DNA of 64,000 nucleotides from Candidatus Caldifonticola tengchongensis (lineage in GTDB: Bacteria > Sysuimicrobiota > Sysuimicrobiia > Sysuimicrobiales > Sysuimicrobiaceae): the NCBI GenBank assembly GCA_031432545.1, contig JAVKGX010000005.1:70168-134167 (forward strand). The letters run 5' to 3'. The translations under genes and the position numbers were made by a program. How positions within the stretch are numbered: the stretch's first letter is position 1; the number at the start of each line of letters is the position of its first letter. Positions 10,219 through 21,993 of this stretch are shown piece after piece. Under the pieces are notes generated by a model, which was given only the letters and a program-made list of their open reading frames with translations, had not been told where the DNA came from and did no database searches.

Positions 10219-10389
10219 TCAGAACAACGGCTGGACGAGGACGATCCCGAGCAGCGCGAATGCTGCGCCCATGAAGACCCCGGCGATCGCGTGTTCCTCC
10301 TCCGGGACGCGAAGCGCGCGGAGGGAAGTCCACGTCAGGCACATGCACCAGCCGAAGAGTACGGCGGTGGCGACGAGGAATTTCAGCAC
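10219..10389 (-). CDS. small two-TM membrane protein (hypothetical)
   Basis: Two hydrophobic helices are visible (LKFLVATAVLFGWCMCL, AGVFMGAAFALLGIVLV). A GTG follows a GGGGGG SD-like run. I recognise no family. Confidence 0.35.
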   Translation of the reverse strand: MLKFLVATAVLFGWCMCLTWTSLRALRVPEEEHAIAGVFMGAAFALLGIVLVQPLF

Positions 10390-10453
10390 GAAAACCCCCC
10401 GCAGGCCCCTATGGCCGCAGATCATACCATAGACGTCTGCGAGGGTCCAGGAG

Positions 10454-10807
10454 TCAGCGGTGTGTCGCCGTCTCCCTGGGCAGTTCGCTGAACGCGAGCC
10501 AGGCGCAGATGGCGACCACCACCAGTCCCCCGATCAGGGAGGTCCACATCGCGGCGGCGATGTCCGCAAAGCCCAGGACCCAGGGGGCGATCACGAACCA
10601 GACCCCGACGAGGCCGTTCACGTATTGGATCCAGACCTTGCGGCGCGCCTCTTCGTTCGTTGCCGCCCAGGCTCCCAGGATGACGAGGATCAAGCCGCCG
10701 ACGATGCTCGTAGCCATCACGGTCTGCATGTGCTGGAGCCCGAGGACGAACGGCGCCGCGACGAACCACAGCCCGATCAGGAAGTTCAGCCAGTTGCCCC
10801 ACACCAT
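10454..10807 (-). CDS. SPW-repeat membrane protein
   Basis: The motif W.N...G.W....PW/PF repeats (NWLNFLIGLWFVAAPFVLG; QYVNGLVGVWFVIAPWVLG) across four TM segments. Confidence 0.7.
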   Translation of the reverse strand: MVWGNWLNFLIGLWFVAAPFVLGLQHMQTVMATSIVGGLILVILGAWAATNEEARRKVWIQYVNGLVGVWFVIAPWVLGFADIAAAMWTSLIGGLVVVAICAWLAFSELPRETATHR

Positions 10808-10892
10808 CCGGCTTCACCTCCTTTCCCTTACGGTTGGGGGTCTGCACCCCCATCTCTACCGGTAGCACCGGCGGGATCAGGTGTCAATCCTG

Positions 10893-12155
<1,263 letters not shown>

Positions 12156-12465
12156 CCGAGGGTTAGGATAGCATCCGCGGGGCCGTGGGCGGGCACAAAT
12201 ACGCCAGCGGCCCGCTTGCTCCGAGTTAGGCCGGGTCGCTCCTCGCGGAGTACCTCCTCCCATCTCGGTGCCGCGCTTCCGCTGGCAGCTGTACGCTAAC
12301 ACGCCGGGCCGAGGGGCGCAATCGGGAAAATCTCTTCGCGAAACCCCATTCGCTGCCTGTGCATTGTGGGGACAGTGTGGAGAGCCGAAGGGACGGTGGA
12401 CTCACCTGCCCGCAGGCCTTACGCTCGAGTCTGGACCTTCGCTGGGTTCTGCAGGAGGGAATCGG

Positions 12466-13602
12466 ATGGCCGACATCGTGATCCTGGGCGGGGGATTCGG
12501 TGGCCTCGCGGCCGCCGCGGCTGTGGCGCCGGCGGCGCACGCCGGACACCGCGTGACGCTCGTCGAGCGTCGGCGCGAGTTCCTGATGGGGTTACGCAAG
12601 CTGTGGATGCTGACCGGCCGGAGCACGCGGCAGGAAGGCGCGCGCCCCCTCGACGGCGTCCGCAAGCACGGCGCTGTGTGGCTGGACGACGAGGTCGTGG
12701 CGATCGAGCCCGATCGGAAGCGGGTGCGGACCGCCCGCGAGGAACTGCCGTACGACTTCCTCATCGTCGCGCTGGGCGCCCAGCCACGCCCGGATCTGGT
12801 CGCCGGCTTCGAGCACGCGTTGAACCTCTACGACGCCGACGAGGTGGAGCGGCTCGCACCGCGCGTGGCCGAGTTTGCTGGCGGTCGCGTCGCCGTGGGG
12901 ATCCTCGGGCTTCCCTACAAGTGCCCTCCGGCGCCCTACGAGGCCGTGATGCTGATGGACGATCACTTCCGCCGCCGCGGGGTGCGCGACCGGGTGGAAA
13001 TGGTGGCGTTTACGCCCCAGCCGACGTCGCTCCCCGTGGCCGGACCGGACGCGTGCGCCGCCGTCGAGGGGCAGCTCGCCGCGAAGGGAATCCGCTTCGA
13101 GCCCAACCGCAGGGTGCGGGGGATCGAAGCCGGCCGGGTCGTGTTTGAGGACGGCGCAGTCGAGTTCGACCTGCTGGTGGCTGTGCCACCGCACCGACCC
13201 CCGGCGGTCGTCAAAGACAGTGGCCTGACCTCACACAGCGAGTGGATACGCCCCGATCCCCGGACGATGCGCACGGGCTTGGACGGAGTCTTCGCGGTCG
13301 GCGACGTCACCGAGATCCTCATGCCCAACGGCATGCCTTTGCCCAAGGCCGGGGTGTTCGCGGAGTCCCAGGCTCAGGTGGCGGTCTCGCAGATCCTGCG
13401 CGAACTTGGCCTGACGGAGACCGGGGCCACCTTCAGCGGGGCGGGCTACTGTTTCATCGAAGTGGGCGGGGGGATGGCTGCCAAGGTTCACGGCGACTTC
13501 CTGGCCCTGCCCGCGCCGGACGTGCGGGTGTCTTCGCCGAGCGAGCGGGTACTGGAAGAAAAGCGTGCCTTCGAACAGGAGCGGCTGGCGGCGTGGCTGT
13601 GA
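12466..13602 (+). CDS. FAD-dependent pyridine nucleotide-disulfide oxidoreductase, sulfide:quinone-oxidoreductase-like
   Basis: A GGGFGG dinucleotide fold sits at the N-terminus. SQR-like Cys motifs are present (LPYKCPPAPYE and GAGYCFIEVGGG), plus VFAVGD. An AGGAGGGA SD lies 5 nt before ATG 12466. Confidence 0.75.
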   Translation: MADIVILGGGFGGLAAAAAVAPAAHAGHRVTLVERRREFLMGLRKLWMLTGRSTRQEGARPLDGVRKHGAVWLDDEVVAIEPDRKRVRTAREELPYDFLIVALGAQPRPDLVAGFEHALNLYDADEVERLAPRVAEFAGGRVAVGILGLPYKCPPAPYEAVMLMDDHFRRRGVRDRVEMVAFTPQPTSLPVAGPDACAAVEGQLAAKGIRFEPNRRVRGIEAGRVVFEDGAVEFDLLVAVPPHRPPAVVKDSGLTSHSEWIRPDPRTMRTGLDGVFAVGDVTEILMPNGMPLPKAGVFAESQAQVAVSQILRELGLTETGATFSGAGYCFIEVGGGMAAKVHGDFLALPAPDVRVSSPSERVLEEKRAFEQERLAAWL

Positions 13603-14306
13603 GTCCCGCCGAGGGTGCAGAACCAAAAGAGGCGATAGCCCGCCGGGCGTATGCGCTGGCCTGGTCGGGGGGCAAGGACTCGACCCTCGCCCTCCACCGC
13701 GCCCGCGCCCAGGGCCTGCAGGTGCGCTGGCTGTTCAACATCTACGAGGGCGCCAGCGGGCGGGTCCGCTTCCACGGGGTCCGTTCCGAGTGGATCCAGG
13801 CGCAGGCGCGCGCGATCGGAATCCCGCTGGTCCAGCACCACACGCATCCCGACGCCTTCGAGCCTGTGTTCGTCCGCGCGCTCGACGACCTGTGGAAGCG
13901 GGGCGCGCGGGGGGTGTTGTTCGGCAACGTCCATCTGAGCGACGTCCGGGGCTGGTATGAGCAGCACACGTATGCCCGGGGCTTCGAACACCGCGAGCCT
14001 TTGTGGGGCAGTTCGCCCGCCTCGCTGGTGCGCGAGTTCTTGGCTGCGGGGTATCGGGCGGTGGTGACCGCCGTCGACCTCTCCCGTGCCGAGGCAACCT
14101 GGGTGGGCCGGGAGCTCGACGGAGACCTCCTGGCCGAGATCTGCGCACGGGGCGCCGACCCGTGCGGGGAGTTCGGTGAGTACCACACGTTCGTCTTCGA
14201 CGGTCCGCTGTTCGCCCGGCCGGTCCGGTTCGGTCTGGGCGCGCGGCTGGAACGTGAGGGGCACCTGTTCGTGGATCTGATCGACGTGCCGACCGCCAAT
14301 CCCTGA
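13599..14306 (+). CDS. Dph6-related / MJ0570-family PP-loop ATP pyrophosphatase
   Basis: The PP-loop is WSGGKDS. The family-like core is GNVHLSDVRGWYE...EPLWG. GTG 13599 overlaps the upstream stop (GTGA). Confidence 0.7.
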   Translation: MSPAEGAEPKEAIARRAYALAWSGGKDSTLALHRARAQGLQVRWLFNIYEGASGRVRFHGVRSEWIQAQARAIGIPLVQHHTHPDAFEPVFVRALDDLWKRGARGVLFGNVHLSDVRGWYEQHTYARGFEHREPLWGSSPASLVREFLAAGYRAVVTAVDLSRAEATWVGRELDGDLLAEICARGADPCGEFGEYHTFVFDGPLFARPVRFGLGARLEREGHLFVDLIDVPTANP

Positions 14307-14731
14307 TGCCGCCTTCGAGGTGGGGCATGCGTGCAGGTCTGGTACCGGGAACGAGCGCCGAGGTCCACATCGTCGTGACCGAGGCGATGGTGGCCAACTT
14401 CGACGAGCTGGGCATGGTCCACCCCGTCTACTCGACGTGGACGATGGTCAAGCACCTCGAAGAGGCCAGCCGGAAGCTCCTGCTGCCCTTCTTGGAAGAG
14501 GACGAGGACGCCGTCGGCCACGCGGTCGAGGTCGTTCATCTGGCGCCCACACCGGTGGGCATGCGGGTGCGCGCGCGGGCGGTCCTCGAGCGCGTGGAGG
14601 GCCGGCGCGTATACTGCCGCCTGGAGGCGTTCAACGAGCGCGGCAAGATCGGCGACGGACGCAACGTCCAGGTCGTCGTCCCCCGTGAACGCCTGACCCA
14701 GACGTTCCGCGAGATCGGGGCGATCCCCTAG
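14306..14731 (+). CDS. hotdog-fold thioesterase (FlK/4HBT-like)
   Basis: It is about 140 aa with a pattern typical of fluoroacetyl-CoA-thioesterase-like hotdog proteins (VHPVYSTWTMVKHLEEA...GHAVEVVHLAPTPVG). ATG 14306 overlaps the upstream TGA (TGATG). ATG 14327 is an alternative start. Confidence 0.6.
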   Translation: MPPSRWGMRAGLVPGTSAEVHIVVTEAMVANFDELGMVHPVYSTWTMVKHLEEASRKLLLPFLEEDEDAVGHAVEVVHLAPTPVGMRVRARAVLERVEGRRVYCRLEAFNERGKIGDGRNVQVVVPRERLTQTFREIGAIP

Positions 14732-14734
14732 CGC

Positions 14735-15919
14735 CTACCGCAGCCAGGCCCAGTTGCCCCGCCGCACCTGCAGCATGACCGCGGCGCGCTGCTTGTCCAG
14801 CCCCAGGTGGTCCTCGGGCGAGAAGTTGAACACCCCGGTGATCCCGATCAGCTCCTTGGTGTTGGTCTCGATCTCGTCCCGGATCGCGCGCCGGAACGCC
14901 GCCACGTTACCGGGATCGACGCCGCGGCGCAGCGCCCGCTCGATCGCTGGCTTCAGGATGAGCATCGCGTCCAGCGCGTGTCCGCCGAATGTGTTGCGCG
15001 TACCGGGCCCGAACCGGCTCTCGTAGCGGCGCACGTACTCCAGCAGGACCGGCCGCTGCGGGTCGTTGACGTTCAGCTGCTCGGCGACCAGCACCTTTCC
15101 GGCCGGCAGGTACACCCCCTCGACGTTGGGGCCGCCCAGATCGAGGAACGTCTTGTTCGCGACCCCGTGGCTGTGGTAGACGGGCAGCCGGATCCCCAGA
15201 TCGCGGATGTTCTTGCTGGCCACGTTGGCGCCCGGAGGAATGGCCCAGATCAGGATCGCCTGCGGGTTCCGACCCATCGCCCGCACGATCTGCGCGCTCA
15301 CGTCGGTGGCGGTTCGGGCGAAGAACTCCTTGGCCACGACCTCGATGTTCTTGGCGGGCGCCAAGCGGTCGAGTTCGACGGCTCCGCCCTGGCCGAAGGC
15401 GTCGTCGAACCCCAAGAAGGCGATGCGGCTGATCCGGAGCCTGCGCATGTGGTCGGTGAGCACGTCGATCATCATCCGGTCGGTCTGCGGCGTCTTGAAG
15501 ACCCAGAAGCGCTCCCGCACCGGTTCGACGATGGTGGCCGCGGCGGCCAGCGAAATGTTGGGGATGCCCACGCTCTGCACCGTGCCGATGATCGCCAGGC
15601 TGGCGGGGCTGGTCGTGCAGCAGACGACGGCTGCGACGCGCTCCTCCTCGATGAAGCGCCGCACCGCGACCACCGTCTTGGTCACGTCGGACTCGCCGTC
15701 GGTGACCACCCACCGGATCGGCACCCGTCCGCGCGGTATCTGCGCGAAGCCCAGGTCGTTCTCGTAGAGCTGGACCGTGTTGCGCTCGGGCACGCCCAGC
15801 GAGGACGCCGGTCCCGTGATGTCGACGACGACTCCGATCCGAATCGCCCCGACCTGCGCGGTCACCGGTGCCGCGAGCAGCGCCGCGATGAAGACCGCTA
15901 TCCACAACAGCCGTGCCAT
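14735..15919 (-). CDS. branched-chain amino-acid ABC transporter substrate-binding protein (LivJ/K-like)
   Basis: It has a signal peptide (MARLLWIAVFIAALLAAPVTAQ) and a type-1 periplasmic-binding-protein fold, and it is the last gene of the liv-type operon. The track ORF extends upstream into livF. Confidence 0.85.
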   Translation of the reverse strand: MARLLWIAVFIAALLAAPVTAQVGAIRIGVVVDITGPASSLGVPERNTVQLYENDLGFAQIPRGRVPIRWVVTDGESDVTKTVVAVRRFIEEERVAAVVCCTTSPASLAIIGTVQSVGIPNISLAAAATIVEPVRERFWVFKTPQTDRMMIDVLTDHMRRLRISRIAFLGFDDAFGQGGAVELDRLAPAKNIEVVAKEFFARTATDVSAQIVRAMGRNPQAILIWAIPPGANVASKNIRDLGIRLPVYHSHGVANKTFLDLGGPNVEGVYLPAGKVLVAEQLNVNDPQRPVLLEYVRRYESRFGPGTRNTFGGHALDAMLILKPAIERALRRGVDPGNVAAFRRAIRDEIETNTKELIGITGVFNFSPEDHLGLDKQRAAVMLQVRRGNWAWLR

Positions 15920-15924
15920 CCGTC

Positions 15925-16686
15925 TCACCCCCTGTCCTCCTCCAGATGCCCGCCGAGGTAGGCCGCCTGTACCTTGGGGTCCCCGGCGAGTCGGGACGCC
16001 GATCCGTGCAGTACGACCGTGCCGCGCTCCATGACGTAGGCCCGATCGGCCACCGCGAGGGCCGCCTTCGCATTCTGTTCCACGAGCAGGATGGACAATC
16101 CCCGGGCGCTCAAGGCGCGGACGACCTCGAGGATCTCCCGCACGACGAGCGGCGCCAGACCGAGCAACGGCTCGTCCATCATCAGCAGGCGCGGCGCGCT
16201 CATCAGTCCGCGCCCGATCGCGAGCATCTGCTGCTCGCCCCCGGACAGCGTGCGCGCGATCTGCCGCTGGCGCTCGCGCAGAACCGGAAAGTGGGCGAAG
16301 ACGAACTCCATGTCCGCCGCGACGCCGGCGCCCTCGCGGCGCCGGTGGAACGCACCCAGAAGCAGGTTGTCCCGCACGCTCAACGATCCGAACAGCTGGC
16401 GGCGCTCGGGGACTAGGGTCATCCCGCGCCACACGCGCTGTTCGGTGGGGACGCCGGACAGTTCCTCTCCGTCCAAGAGCACCGACCCCGTGGCCGGTAG
16501 CAGCCCCATGATGGCGTTGAGCAGGCTCGTCTTGCCCGCACCGTTGGGCCCGATGATCGCGACGAGTTCGCCCGGCTGTACCTCCAGCGCGGCGCCGTGC
16601 AGCGCCCGCACCTGTCCGTAGCGCGCTTGCAGATCGCGCACGGCCAGCGCCCCGCCCGCTGTGGACTTCGCCCGTGGTTGCTGCAA
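15925..16686 (-). CDS. livF: branched-chain amino-acid ABC transporter ATP-binding protein (LivF-like)
   Basis: Walker A is GPNGAGKTS, the ABC signature is LSGGEQQML, and Walker B is LLMMDEP. Confidence 0.85.
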   Translation of the reverse strand: MQQPRAKSTAGGALAVRDLQARYGQVRALHGAALEVQPGELVAIIGPNGAGKTSLLNAIMGLLPATGSVLLDGEELSGVPTEQRVWRGMTLVPERRQLFGSLSVRDNLLLGAFHRRREGAGVAADMEFVFAHFPVLRERQRQIARTLSGGEQQMLAIGRGLMSAPRLLMMDEPLLGLAPLVVREILEVVRALSARGLSILLVEQNAKAALAVADRAYVMERGTVVLHGSASRLAGDPKVQAAYLGGHLEEDRG

Positions 16687-16716
16687 CGCTGCCGCCTCCG
16701 GCCGCCGAGTGCCGTC

Positions 16717-18584
<1,868 letters not shown>

Positions 18585-18588
<4 letters not shown>

Positions 18589-19481
18589 TCCTGTGCCGCC
18601 TCCTCGCTAACCAGTACACCCTCGCGCAGCGCGAGCGCCGCGCGCCAGAGCATCGCCCCGATCAGGACGCCGAAGGCGATGGCGTCCCGATAGTGGGACG
18701 AAACCAGCCCGGCGCCGAGGGACTCGACGACGCCGAACAGCACGCACGCCAGCACCGTGAGCGGATAGCTCACGAAGCCGGCGGCCACAGCTCCCACGAA
18801 GCCCTTCAGACCCAACAGTAACCCCATGTCGTACGTCGCTAGGGCGACCGGTGTGATCAGCACACCGGCGAGTCCTCCCAGCGCTCCCGCCAGCGTCCAC
18901 GCCAGCGCGCCCATCGCCTCCACGCGGATCCCCACCAGGCGCGCGGCGGTGTCGTTGACCGCGCAGGCCCGCAGGGCCCGACCCAGCAGCGTACGGGTGA
19001 AGAACAGGTACAAGACGGCGAGCACGACGATCACGGCACCGACGACCCACAGGCTCTGTCGGCTGACGACGGCCTGGGCGATGCGCACGGGCTCGCCGAT
19101 GGTGAACGGCGGGAGGTTGTAGGGGTCGGTGCCCCAGCCGATCAGCAAGATGCCCTTGAGGGCGAGGTGGGCCGCGATGGTCACGATGAGCAGCACGATC
19201 GGAGGAGCCGTCCCCACGGGCCGGATCCCGAAGTGGTACAGGGCCCAGCCCAGCGCTGCCGAAGCCGGTACGGCGATCACCAACCCCAGGCCGACCGGCA
19301 GACCCGCGGCCACGACGGAGGCGGCCAGCAGCGCGCCGAAGGCTGCGAACTCGCCTTGGGCGACGTTGACCGTCCGCGTCACGGCGTGGATCGTGACCAG
19401 CCCGAGCCCGAGCAGCGCGTAGATGGCCCCGTTGACGATGCCGCTGGCGACGAACTGCGCGATCTGCTCTGCCGGAGTCAT
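18585..19481 (-). CDS. livH: branched-chain amino-acid ABC transporter permease (LivH-like)
   Basis: MTPAEQIAQFVASGIVNGAIYALLGLGLV is a typical LivH N-terminus. The stop overlaps the next gene's start by 4 nt. The track ORF extension upstream is not LivH-like. Confidence 0.85.
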
Positions 19482-19616
19482 CGAATCGAAAGACGCTCCT
19501 TCGGATCCCGTTGGAGGACCGCCCCCGAGGGCGGCCCGTGACCTCGTCGTCCCAAGTTCTTCCCCCGCACCTGCGTCGATTCCTGGAGCCCCCTCAGGCA
19601 GGAAGGGAGATAGTGC

Positions 19617-20030
19617 GTGGGGTATCCTTGGAATATGAGAATGACTCTCATTCCCATAAAAATGACGCCTCAGAGGAGGGTCATCCTCGAGACGCTTCGG
19701 GCCTCGCGCAGCCATCCCAGCGCCGAGGAGGTCCTGTCGTCGGTGCGCAGACACCTGCCGCGGGTCAGCCTGGGGTCGGTGTACCGGAACCTGCGGGTGC
19801 TGCGGGAGGCGGGGTTGGTGCGCGAGATCGTCACCGGCGAGTTCCGCAGATACGACGCGGTCACGACTCCACACGCGCACTTCGTCTGCGAACGCTGCCA
19901 GCGTGCCTACGACCTCCCCGAGCCGGTGGCGACGGCCGGGTTCGCGGGCAACGTCCCGGAGGGGTTCACGGTCAACTGGGTCGACATAGAGGTGCGCGGC
20001 GTGTGCGCGGCGTGCGGAGGGACACCGTGA
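19617..20030 (+). CDS. Fur-family metalloregulator (Fur/Zur/PerR type not resolved)
   Basis: Signatures are TPQRRVILETL, SAEEV, SLGSVYRNL, and two CxxC pairs (CERC, CAAC). GTG 19617 has the SD GGAAGGGAGA 6 nt upstream. ATG 19635 and ATG 19662 are alternative starts. Confidence 0.85.
   Translation: MGYPWNMRMTLIPIKMTPQRRVILETLRASRSHPSAEEVLSSVRRHLPRVSLGSVYRNLRVLREAGLVREIVTGEFRRYDAVTTPHAHFVCERCQRAYDLPEPVATAGFAGNVPEGFTVNWVDIEVRGVCAACGGTP
19636..19650. promoter_or_regulatory. candidate Fur-family 7-1-7 operator TGAGAAT-G-ACTCTCA
   Basis: It is an inverted repeat with 6/7 matching arms inside an unusually AT-rich patch at the 5' end of the Fur-family gene. Confidence 0.35.
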
Positions 20031-20416
20031 GCACCGGGCGGACCGAGGAGTATTTGCGCGGCGTGCTGCACCTGCGGGCTGGCCAGCGGCGCGTCAGCCT
20101 GACGGCGTTGGCGCGGTGGCTGGGTGTGTCGCCGGCCTCCGCGCACGAGATGGTCTGCCGGCTGCAACGCTTGGGGCTGGTGACCTACTCGCGCGAGGAG
20201 GGCGTGCGCCTCACGCCGGAGGGCGGCCGGCGGGCATTCGGCAAGGAGCGGCGGTACCACCTGTCCCAGCGGTTCCTCGAGGACGTGCTGGGGATGGAAC
20301 CGGACGTGGCGCGGCGCGAAGCGGTGCGTTTCGAGCGCGGCATGACACCGGTCGTCGAGCAGCAGATCATCCGCCTGTTCAGCGAACGCGCCCACCGCAA
20401 ACGCGGTACATTCTGA
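20027..20416 (+). CDS. DtxR/MntR-family metal-dependent transcriptional regulator (short form)
   Basis: It has TEEYLRGVLHL, a wHTH (LARWLGVSPASAHEMVCRLQRLGLV), and LTPEG. GTG 20027 overlaps the Fur-family stop (GTGA). Confidence 0.7.
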   Translation: MSTGRTEEYLRGVLHLRAGQRRVSLTALARWLGVSPASAHEMVCRLQRLGLVTYSREEGVRLTPEGGRRAFGKERRYHLSQRFLEDVLGMEPDVARREAVRFERGMTPVVEQQIIRLFSERAHRKRGTF

Positions 20417-20535
20417 GGCAACCTCCCCTCCGCTCGAACGCGCGCGTATCATGGGTGCGGAGGATGCTTCCGGCCGCGCCTCGAACTCTAATTCCCACGA
20501 CGTCGTTGCGCGGTCAGCCCACCACGGAGGCACGC

Positions 20536-21933
20536 ATGGCCGATACCTATGACCTGGTCGTGATCGGCGCCGGCCCCGGAGGCTACGTGGGCGCGATCCG
20601 GGCGGCGCAGCTGGGGATGCGCACCGCGATCGTCGAGCGGGACAAACTCGGCGGGACGTGCACCCACTACGGCTGCATACCGACCAAGGCGCTGCTGCAT
20701 GCCGCCGACGTCGTCGAGCAAGCGCGGCGGGCCGCACAGTTCGGCATCGTCGTCGAAGGCGCCGCCGTGGACATGCGCGGAGTCCAGGGCTACCGTCAGC
20801 GTGTCGTCGACGCCAACCACAAGGGCGTCGAGTTTCTCATGCGCAAGAACAAGGTCGCGACGTTCGCCGGTACCGCCCGCCTCGCCGCCCGGAACCGGGT
20901 CCACGTGTCGCTCAACGATGGCTCGGAGACCGAACTGCAGGCCCACCACGTCCTGCTGGCGACCGGATCGCGGCCACGCAGCATCCCCGGGGTGTCGATC
21001 GACGGCAACCGCATCCTCAGCAGCGACCACATCGTCTTCCTGCAGGAAGTTCCCCGGCGGCTGGCGATCCTGGGTGCCGGTGTGATCGGATGTGAGTTCG
21101 CCAGCGTCTTCGCGGCCTTCGGCAGCGAGGTGACGATGATCGAGATCCTGCCGCGCGTGCTGCCGGGGGAGGACGAGGAGGTGAGCGGCGCGATCGAGAA
21201 GGCGTTTGGCCGGCGTGGCATCCGGATCCACACCGGCGCCAAGCTGAGTTCGATAGAACCCGCCGAGGGCGGCCTGCGCCTGTGGGTGGAGAAGGAGGGC
21301 AAGACCGAGTCGCTGGAGGCGGACCTGTTGCTCGTGGCCGTGGGGCGTGGGCCGGTGAGCGACGACCTGGGATTGGCGGACGTCGGCGTGGAGCTGGACG
21401 GCGGGTTCATCCGGACCGACGAGCGTTTCCGCACGACTGCAGACGGCATCCGCGCGGTCGGCGACGTGATTCACGCTGTGCCGATGCTGGCGCACGTGGC
21501 CTCCCACGAGGCGGTGCGGGCAGTGGAGGACATCGCCGGGCAGGAGTTCCAGCCGCTGGACTACGACGCCGTTCCGCGCTGCACGTATTCGAATCCGGAG
21601 GTGGCTTCGTTCGGCCTGACCGAGGCACAAGCCCGGGAGCGCGGATACGACGTGAGAGTCGGTCGCTACCCGTTTTTGGCCAACGGCAAGGCGCGGATCT
21701 TGGGCGAGCGGGACGGATTCGTCAAGATCGTGACGGATGCGCGGTACGGCGAGATCCTGGGGATGCACATGGTGGGGCCGAGGGTGACCGAGCTGCTGAC
21801 GGAGGGCATCCTCGGCAGGAGCGTCGAGGCCACGGTCCACGAGATCGCGCATGCGATGCACGCGCACCCGACGCTGGGCGAAGCGATCCACGAAGCCGCG
21901 CTCGACGCGCTCGGTCGGGCGATCCACATGTAG
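20536..21933 (+). CDS. lpd: dihydrolipoyl dehydrogenase (E3)
   Basis: Signatures are YDLVVIGAGPGGY, the redox disulfide GGTCTHYGCIPTK, and the C-terminal HAHPTLGEA. A GGAGG SD precedes ATG 20536. Confidence 0.92.
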   Translation: MADTYDLVVIGAGPGGYVGAIRAAQLGMRTAIVERDKLGGTCTHYGCIPTKALLHAADVVEQARRAAQFGIVVEGAAVDMRGVQGYRQRVVDANHKGVEFLMRKNKVATFAGTARLAARNRVHVSLNDGSETELQAHHVLLATGSRPRSIPGVSIDGNRILSSDHIVFLQEVPRRLAILGAGVIGCEFASVFAAFGSEVTMIEILPRVLPGEDEEVSGAIEKAFGRRGIRIHTGAKLSSIEPAEGGLRLWVEKEGKTESLEADLLLVAVGRGPVSDDLGLADVGVELDGGFIRTDERFRTTADGIRAVGDVIHAVPMLAHVASHEAVRAVEDIAGQEFQPLDYDAVPRCTYSNPEVASFGLTEAQARERGYDVRVGRYPFLANGKARILGERDGFVKIVTDARYGEILGMHMVGPRVTELLTEGILGRSVEATVHEIAHAMHAHPTLGEAIHEAALDALGRAIHM

Positions 21934-21993
21934 GCACCGAACGTCATGGATCGGCAGGGGACGGCCATTGGTGAAGGGGCAAAGGGGGTTGCG

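Noticed and set aside
12156-12465. A possible small RNA or small ORF in the 310-bp divergent region between ispG and the SQR-like gene.
   Set aside because: I found no convincing promoter-terminator pair, conserved-looking structure, or SD-preceded ORF. The region is left unannotated.
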